Source: Candidatus Eiseniibacteriota bacterium
Lineage (GTDB): Bacteria; Arandabacterota; Arandabacteria; Arandabacterales; Arandabacteraceae
Assembly: GCA_043810925.1 (NCBI GenBank)
Contig: JBDRNT010000017.1
Location: 1-21,996 of the forward strand
Reading direction: 5' to 3'
DNA: 21,996 bases
The notes beneath the pieces were generated by a model, which ran no database searches, had not been told where the DNA came from, and worked only from the letters and a program-made list of their open reading frames with translations. Position 1 is the first letter of the stretch, and every line of letters starts with the position of its first letter. Positions 16,376-21,996 of this stretch are shown here, in pieces. The translations under genes were made by a program, and so were the position numbers.

Positions 16376-16744
16376 TCAGACAACCTCAGGCGCAAGCGAT
16401 ATAATCTTCATGAACTGCTTGTCCCTGAGTTCCCTCGCCACTGGGCCGAAAATACGCGACGCTCTCGGTTCCTTATCGTCATTTATAAGGACGGCCGCAT
16501 TCTGATCGAAGCGGATGTATGAACCATCCGGCCTCTTGAATTCCTTCTTGGTCCTCACGACCACAGCCTTTGCCACCGACCCCTTCTTGATCTCACTGTC
16601 GGGAATGGCATCTCTAATGCTGACGACGATGATGTCGCCTAAACGCGCGTACCTCCGGAACGAACCCCCGAGTACTCTTATACATCTCGCGGTTTTCGCA
16701 CCTGAATTGTCCGCAATCGTTAGTATAGTCTCTACCTGTACCAT
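16376..16744 (-). CDS. rplN: 50S ribosomal protein uL14
   Basis: [33 protein letters not shown]. Confidence 0.98.
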   Translation of the reverse strand: MVQVETILTIADNSGAKTARCIRVLGGSFRRYARLGDIIVVSIRDAIPDSEIKKGSVAKAVVVRTKKEFKRPDGSYIRFDQNAAVLINDDKEPRASRIFGPVARELRDKQFMKIISLAPEVV

Positions 16745-16756
16745 TGCTTCCTCGCT

Positions 16757-17011
16757 CTATTCCGCTTTCTTCACTATCTGGACCACCCGCCACCTCTTCA
16801 ACTTGCTCAAAGGCCGTGTTTCCATGATCCTGACGACATCACCTTCCTGGCACTCGTTCTTGTCGTCGTGTGCATAGAAATGCGGGGTCTTCCTCACAAC
16901 TTTGCCGTAGATTGGATGTCTCAGACGCCTTTCAACCGCGACAACCACGGTATTCTGCATCTTGCTGCTGACTACAACACCCGTTCTAGTCTTTTTTGCT
17001 GTCCCCTTCAT
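16757..17011 (-). CDS. rpsQ: 30S ribosomal protein uS17
   Basis: [34 protein letters not shown]. Start at ATG 17011 behind GAGG. Confidence 0.96.
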   Translation of the reverse strand: MKGTAKKTRTGVVVSSKMQNTVVVAVERRLRHPIYGKVVRKTPHFYAHDDKNECQEGDVVRIMETRPLSKLKRWRVVQIVKKAE

Positions 17012-17279
17012 TTCGCATTTCCTCTTTCTCACGCCCAGGCTTGACGCTTCCGCCGGTATGGGCTTCCGCGGAGCCTGGTAACCTCGTCCTGCCGATCTCA
17101 TCTTCCCTCAGGATCGTCAGTATTCTCGCAAGATCTCGCTTTACATGCCTGAGTCTCAGAGGGTCGTCGAGCTTCTGAGTGGATACCCTGAACCTCAGGT
17201 TGAACAACTCCTCACCGAGGTCTCGTGCCATTCGCTCAAGCTCTTCCCTGGTGAGTTCTCTGTACTTTTCGGGCTTCAT
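16986..17279 (-). CDS. rpmC: 50S ribosomal protein uL29 with ~36-aa C-terminal extension
   Basis: EELFNLRF...[18 protein letters not shown]; lies between rplP and rpsQ. Confidence 0.95.
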   Translation of the reverse strand: MKPEKYRELTREELERMARDLGEELFNLRFRVSTQKLDDPLRLRHVKRDLARILTILREDEIGRTRLPGSAEAHTGGSVKPGREKEEMRNEGDSKKD

Positions 17280-17695
17280 TACTTCGCACCTTCCCTAACC
17301 ATAAATCTAGTCTTGATGGGGAGCTTTCTTGCCGCCAGGGCCATCGACTCTTTTGCCAGAGCCTCATTCACCCCGGCGAGCTCGAAGAGGACTCTTCCGG
17401 GCTTCACCACCGCAACAAAGTACTCCGGGTTGCCCTTTCCCTTCCCCATCCTGGTCTCGGCGGGCTTGAATGTCACCGGTTTGTCGGGGAAAATCCTCAC
17501 CCAGAGCTTTCCACCTCTCTTGACGTGCCTGGTTATGGCCACTCTTGCAGCCTCGATCTGCTTTGCAGTTATCCAGGCCGGTTCGAGGGCCTGCAGCGCA
17601 TACTCACCGAAATCGATCGAGCTGCCCTTCCAGGCCGTTCCCCTCATTCGGCCCTTCTGCTGTTTTCTATATTTAACCCTCTTGGGACTTAGCAT
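17279..17695 (-). CDS. rplP: 50S ribosomal protein uL16
   Basis: [35 protein letters not shown]. Confidence 0.98.
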   Translation of the reverse strand: MLSPKRVKYRKQQKGRMRGTAWKGSSIDFGEYALQALEPAWITAKQIEAARVAITRHVKRGGKLWVRIFPDKPVTFKPAETRMGKGKGNPEYFVAVVKPGRVLFELAGVNEALAKESMALAARKLPIKTRFMVREGAK

Positions 17696-17708
17696 GCCCT
17701 AGCTCCTC

Positions 17709-18362
17709 TCAACTCTTTCCAGCTACGTCTTCCTTCTCGGGGAACACCTCTCCATGAAAGATCCACACCTTGACCCCAATACAACCGAAGGTCGTATGGG
17801 AGGTGGCTCTCGCGTAATCAACGTCGGCCCTGAGGGTGTGAAGGGGCACCCTGCCCTCCATATAGTGCTCGCACCTGGCTATTTCGGATCCGCCCAGCCT
17901 GCCCTTACACATTATCTTGATGCCCTCGGCCCCGGCCCGTCTCGATGACGCAAGTGCTTTCTTCATCGCCCTTCTGTGCGATACTCGCTGCGCAAGCTGG
18001 TGGGCGACGTGCTCTGCCACGAGCTGAGCATCGAGCTCCGGCTTTTCGACTTCCTGGATGTTGACGTGAATCTCCTTCTTGGTTATGTGCTGAAGCTCGT
18101 CCCTCAGCTGATCCACCTCCGTACCCTTTCTGCCGATGACGATGCCGGGCCTGGCGGTATGGATGGTTACAGTGATCTTCTTGGGGGCACGATCGATTAT
18201 AACCTTGGAGATACCCGCTCTGTGCAGCCTGCTGGTTATGTACTTCCTTATGAATATGTCCTCGCGAAGCAGCTCAGCGTATTCCTTCTTCGCATACCAT
18301 CGCGAGTCCCAGGTTCTTACTATGCCCAGTCTCAAACCAACAGGATTAGTCTTCTGCCCCAA
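17709..18362 (-). CDS. rpsC: 30S ribosomal protein uS3
   Basis: [47 protein letters not shown] start. Confidence 0.98.
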   Translation of the reverse strand: MGQKTNPVGLRLGIVRTWDSRWYAKKEYAELLREDIFIRKYITSRLHRAGISKVIIDRAPKKITVTIHTARPGIVIGRKGTEVDQLRDELQHITKKEIHVNIQEVEKPELDAQLVAEHVAHQLAQRVSHRRAMKKALASSRRAGAEGIKIMCKGRLGGSEIARCEHYMEGRVPLHTLRADVDYARATSHTTFGCIGVKVWIFHGEVFPEKEDVAGKS

Positions 18363-18374
18363 GTTTTCGCCTCC

Positions 18375-18794
18375 TTACTTCTTGCCCCGTTTGACGGTCT
18401 TCTTTGGTTTTCCTACCTTGCGCCATCTCTTCGTTTTCTTAAACTCAGGCGGCACTTCGGTCGACACGATCACTTTTATGTGACTCATCCGCTTCCTTAT
18501 CCTCGATGCTCTCCCGAAAGCCCGCGGCCGCCATCTCGGCATGATAGGCCCGGGATCGATGATCGCGTTCTTCACATACAGGTCATCCGCATCGAGCTTG
18601 CCGGTGCCTTCCTTGTCTATGGCATTGGCGATGGCTGACTTAAGAGCCTTCCCAAGGAGCGGCGCTGCTTTCTTCGGTGTATATCTCAGTATTGCTATCG
18701 CCTCGCTTACCGGCTTACCCTTTATGAGATCAGCCGTGAGCTTCGCTTTCCTTGGCGAGATGACGACAAATCTCGCGACAGCTCTTGCTTCCAT
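18375..18794 (-). CDS. rplV: 50S ribosomal protein uL22 with basic C-terminal tail
   Basis: ISPRK, LKSAIANA, PRAFGRA, KRMSHI. Confidence 0.97.
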   Translation of the reverse strand: MEARAVARFVVISPRKAKLTADLIKGKPVSEAIAILRYTPKKAAPLLGKALKSAIANAIDKEGTGKLDADDLYVKNAIIDPGPIMPRWRPRAFGRASRIRKRMSHIKVIVSTEVPPEFKKTKRWRKVGKPKKTVKRGKK

Positions 18795-18804
18795 CCGCTA
18801 TACC

Positions 18805-19092
18805 TCACTTAACCTTTGTTGTCCGCTCTGACATCTTGCCCCCGTGGCCTCTGAACGTCCTCGTCGGGGCAAACTCTCCCAGCTTGTGACCCACCATGTT
18901 CTCAGTGATAAAGATCGGGATAAACTTGTTGCCATTATGCACGGCCAGAGTGTGCCCCACGAACTCAGGAGATATCGTAGAGGCCCTTGACCACGTCCTT
19001 ATCACTCTCTTTTCCCTCGTCCTGTTGAGCTCATTGATCTTGTCAAGCAACTTCGGCCGTACAAAAGGACCCTTCTTAAGAGATCGAGGCAT
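18805..19092 (-). CDS. rpsS: 30S ribosomal protein uS19
   Basis: [32 protein letters not shown]. Confidence 0.98.
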   Translation of the reverse strand: MPRSLKKGPFVRPKLLDKINELNRTREKRVIRTWSRASTISPEFVGHTLAVHNGNKFIPIFITENMVGHKLGEFAPTRTFRGHGGKMSERTTKVK

Positions 19093-19108
19093 ACTCGATT
19101 ATCCCTCC

Positions 19109-19942
19109 CTATTTCTTCCTTTTCTTTCTTCTTCTCACGATAAGCCTGTCAGATGGTTTTGCCTTCCTCGTCTTATAACCCTTGGTGGGCCATCCCCAGG
19201 GTGAACAGGGATGACGACCACCCGAGCTCTTACCTTCACCACCACCCATGGGGTGGTCTATCGGGTTCATCGCGACACCCCGTACCTTCGGTCTTCTGCC
19301 CAACCAGCGCGTCCTGCCGGCCTTGCCGGAGGTCAGGCTTTCATGCTCCACGTTGCCGACCTGGCCGATGGTGGCAAGACACTCAAGCCTTGCACGTCTG
19401 ACTTCGCCTGAAGGCAACCTGAGATGAGCATGTTTGCCCTCTTTCGCCACCACCTGGACAAATGTCCCCGCGCCCCTTGCCATCTGGCCTCCCTTGCCCG
19501 GGGTCAGCTCCACATTGTGGACTTCTGTTCCAAGGGGAACCTCCTTCAGCGGCATCGCATTGCCGACGCGTATGTCGCTTCCGGAACCTGCGACGATGGT
19601 ATCCCCAACCGCCACACCCACCGCCCACAGTACATAACGTTTTTCTCCATCGGCGTAGTTTAAGAGCGCGATCCTTGCAGATCTGTTCGGATCATACTCT
19701 ATGCTGGCGACCTTTGCAGGGATGCCGAACTTGTCCCTCTTGAAATCGATAATTCTGTAGCGCCGCTTGTGGCCGCCTCCCCTGTGGCGCATAGTGATCC
19801 GTCCCTTGTTGTTTCTGCCACCCGTGCGCCGGAGGCGGGACGCAAGCTTCTTCTCAGGTTTGGACTTTGTTATCTCATCAAATGAAGATGTGGTCCTGTA
19901 CCTGAGTGTCGGAGTCGTTGGTTTGTATCTTTTTATTGCCAT
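19109..19942 (-). CDS. rplB: 50S ribosomal protein uL2
   Basis: [43 protein letters not shown]. Confidence 0.98.
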   Translation of the reverse strand: MAIKRYKPTTPTLRYRTTSSFDEITKSKPEKKLASRLRRTGGRNNKGRITMRHRGGGHKRRYRIIDFKRDKFGIPAKVASIEYDPNRSARIALLNYADGEKRYVLWAVGVAVGDTIVAGSGSDIRVGNAMPLKEVPLGTEVHNVELTPGKGGQMARGAGTFVQVVAKEGKHAHLRLPSGEVRRARLECLATIGQVGNVEHESLTSGKAGRTRWLGRRPKVRGVAMNPIDHPMGGGEGKSSGGRHPCSPWGWPTKGYKTRKAKPSDRLIVRRRKKRKK

Positions 19943-19945
19943 GGT

Positions 19946-20236
19946 TTACACCTGTTCGAACAGATCGATTGACTGGCCTTCCTCAAGCGTCACGATCGCC
20001 TTTTTCCAATCCGGCCTCTTGCCCTTGAACACACCCATTCTCTTGACCTTGCCGTGCACAACCATTGTCTTCACACTCTTTACCTTAACGTGGAATATCT
20101 CCTGAACCGCTTTCTTTATCTCAATCCTGTTGGCGCTGGAGACAACGCTGAAAACGTACTTGTTGCCTGCCTCTCTCAGCCTCGAGCCTTTCTCCGTCAC
20201 CAGCGGCCGCAAGATAATCGATCTTGGATCTCTCAC
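19946..20236 (-). CDS. rplW: 50S ribosomal protein uL23
   Basis: PLVTEK, EIKKAV, WKKAIVTL; GTGA overlap with the rplD stop. Confidence 0.97.
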   Translation of the reverse strand: MRDPRSIILRPLVTEKGSRLREAGNKYVFSVVSSANRIEIKKAVQEIFHVKVKSVKTMVVHGKVKRMGVFKGKRPDWKKAIVTLEEGQSIDLFEQV

Positions 20237-20859
20237 CTTCCTAACACCTCCACAATCATACCCACGGCTTCCTTATCAATCACAATGGCATCAGAGTTCA
20301 TTATGTCGTAGACATTGACATCCTTTGCAACCGTGGTCTTGACTCCCTGGATGTTGCCGGTCGCCCTCATCATGTCTTCCCTCTTTTCCGGCAACACGAA
20401 CAGACACTTCTTGTTACTGATGCCCAGGGTCTTCATCAGTTCCGCCGCCAGCCTGGTCCTCGGCTCACTGATTCCGAGACTCTCCACCACTTTAAGTCCG
20501 CCGTCTCTTGCCTTGGCCGAAAGCGCCGCCTTGATGGCGAGTCTTCTGGCCTTCCTGGGCAGCGAATAGGAATAGTCTCGCGGCCGGGGCCCGTGCGCCC
20601 TGCCACCGCCTACCCAGACCGGGGACCCGGCCGTACCTGCTCTGGCCCTTCCGAGTCCCTTCTGCTTCCAGGGCTTTTTCCCGCTCGCCTTGACCTCAGA
20701 CCTGGTCTTGGTGGAACTGGTTCCCTGTCTCCTGTTCGCCAGGTATGACCGGACAGCCTGATGCAGAAGGTCCTTCTTGGCGCTGACATTGAAAACACTG
20801 TCGGGCAGATCGATCTTCCCCGAGCTCGTTCCCTCCCGTGTTACGACTTCGAACTCCAT
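20233..20859 (-). CDS. rplD: 50S ribosomal protein uL4
   Basis: RQGTSSTKTRSEV, KPWKQKGLGRARAG, GGGRAHGPRPRDY. Confidence 0.98.
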   Translation of the reverse strand: MEFEVVTREGTSSGKIDLPDSVFNVSAKKDLLHQAVRSYLANRRQGTSSTKTRSEVKASGKKPWKQKGLGRARAGTAGSPVWVGGGRAHGPRPRDYSYSLPRKARRLAIKAALSAKARDGGLKVVESLGISEPRTRLAAELMKTLGISNKKCLFVLPEKREDMMRATGNIQGVKTTVAKDVNVYDIMNSDAIVIDKEAVGMIVEVLGR

Positions 20860-20873
20860 CGCTATCGATTCTC

Positions 20874-21494
20874 CTATGCCTTTTCGCTCACGATCACATA
20901 GCTCTTCGGGTGTCCTGGAACAGCACCCCTTATGGCTATCACGTTTTTGTCCACATCAACCTGCACAACCTCAAGGTTCTTGACTGTGACCCTTCGGTGT
21001 CCGGCATGGCCCGGCATTTTCCTGTTCTTCCATACTTTTGCCGGGGTCGCACACTGGCCGATCGAGCCGGGCTTCCTGTGAGAACGACTACCGTGGGAGT
21101 CACCACCGCCACCAAAGCCCCATCTCTTGACGACTCCCTGGAAGCCTTTTCCCTTGGACAGTCCCGTCACGCTCACCCTGTCTCCCACCTTGAAAAGATC
21201 GGCCTTGAGCGCTTTGCCGACTTCATACCCCGACAAATCATCCACCCTCAGCTCTCTTAAGATCATCTGCGGTTCAACACCGGCCTTCTCGAAGTGGCCC
21301 GCCATAGGCTTGTTCGTCGTCTTCTTCCTACGCATACCGAAACCTATCTGCACGGCCTCGTATCCGTGTTTAGCCCTTGTCCTGATCTCAACGACGGGGC
21401 AGGGACCGGCTTCGATCACCGTTACGGGGACCGACTCTCCCTTCTCGTCAAAGATCCTTGTCATCCCTATCTTTCTACCGATAATCCCTTTCAT
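20874..21494 (-). CDS. rplC: 50S ribosomal protein uL3
   Basis: GRKIGMT, SKGKGFQGVVKRW, SHGS, PGSIG, MPGH, RGAVPG. Confidence 0.98.
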   Translation of the reverse strand: MKGIIGRKIGMTRIFDEKGESVPVTVIEAGPCPVVEIRTRAKHGYEAVQIGFGMRRKKTTNKPMAGHFEKAGVEPQMILRELRVDDLSGYEVGKALKADLFKVGDRVSVTGLSKGKGFQGVVKRWGFGGGGDSHGSRSHRKPGSIGQCATPAKVWKNRKMPGHAGHRRVTVKNLEVVQVDVDKNVIAIRGAVPGHPKSYVIVSEKA

Positions 21495-21525
21495 TCTGCC
21501 TCACCTTCCTCAAGCAGGTCGGGAC

Positions 21526-21834
21526 CTACACCTTTATTTCTATGTCAACCCCTGCCGGTAGATCGAGCTTCATAAGGGCTTCCACGGTCTGAGGCGTTGA
21601 ATCCCAGATATCGATCAGCCTCTTATGAGTTCGAATCTCGAACTGCTCCCTGGACTTCTTGTCGACGTGCGGTGAACGAAGCACCGTATAGACTGATCTT
21701 TTCGTCGGCAGCGGTACCGGTCCGGAGACTCTGGCTCCGGTATGCTTGGCAGTCCGAACTATCTCCCGGGCAGAGCGATCAACTGTAGCATGGTCATAAC
21801 CTTTTAGTCTTATTCTGATCTTCTGTCCAGGCAC
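21526..21834 (-). CDS. rpsJ: 30S ribosomal protein uS10
   Basis: [44 protein letters not shown] start behind GGAGGT. Confidence 0.98.
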   Translation of the reverse strand: MPGQKIRIRLKGYDHATVDRSAREIVRTAKHTGARVSGPVPLPTKRSVYTVLRSPHVDKKSREQFEIRTHKRLIDIWDSTPQTVEALMKLDLPAGVDIEIKV

Positions 21835-21867
21835 CTAAGTTTACCTCCGTTCTTGCCCGATCTATGG

Positions 21868-21996
21868 CTATTCGAATATCTCTGCAACCACTCCCTGGCC
21901 TACCGTCCGGCCACCCTCTCGTATTGCAAAAGTCAAACCCTTCTCCATCGCTATCGGGGTTATCAACTCTATATCTACCGTCACATTGTCGCCAGG
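21868..21996 (-). CDS. tuf: Elongation factor Tu, C-terminal 42 aa (gene runs off the window)
   Basis: Hand translation [42 protein letters not shown]. Confidence 0.96.
   Translation of the reverse strand, partial: PGDNVTVDIELITPIAMEKGLTFAIREGGRTVGQGVVAEIFE

Noticed and set aside
8682-18638. Long plus-strand ORFs (e.g. 8682-9323, 9209-9907, 9574-10512, 12041-12670, 17976-18638)
   Set aside because: Antisense shadows of conserved genes, expected from codon bias at this GC content; no SD or domain evidence.
1-21996. Mobile elements, CRISPR arrays, introns/inteins or defence genes
   Set aside because: No transposase, integrase or RT motifs, no spaced direct repeats, and no large internal insertions in the conserved genes.

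Overview
Mostly housekeeping DNA. On the minus strand, 6290-21996 is an uninterrupted ribosomal superoperon: the 3' end of tuf, then rpsJ-rplC-rplD-rplW-rplB-rpsS-rplV-rpsC-rplP-rpmC-rpsQ-rplN-rplX-rplE-rpsN-rpsH-rplF-rplR-rpsE-rpmD-rplO-secY-adk-map-infA-rpmJ-rpsM-rpsK-rpsD-rpoA-rplQ. Downstream are a GlcD-like FAD oxidoreductase with a GlcF-like Fe-S/CCG partner, a convergent uncharacterised lipoprotein (+), a stand-alone TrpB2 (-), and the 5' end of a tRNA (probably Asn) preceded by two sigma70-type promoters. I see no mobile element, CRISPR array or defence system. The best leads are small elements: (1) a strong SD plus ATG-TAA start-stop minigene abutting the terminator between rplQ and glcD, a possible ribosome-controlled attenuator; (2) a consensus beta-clamp-binding motif (QLDLF) at the N-terminus of the GlcF-like protein; (3) an ~85-nt structured RNA starting at the predicted TSS of the lipoprotein gene; (4) a Trp-containing uORF coupled by TAATG to trpB2; (5) many ribosomal-protein extensions, including a repeat-containing ~99-aa uS5 N-terminus. 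All functional interpretations are untested inference from reading the sequence by eye.
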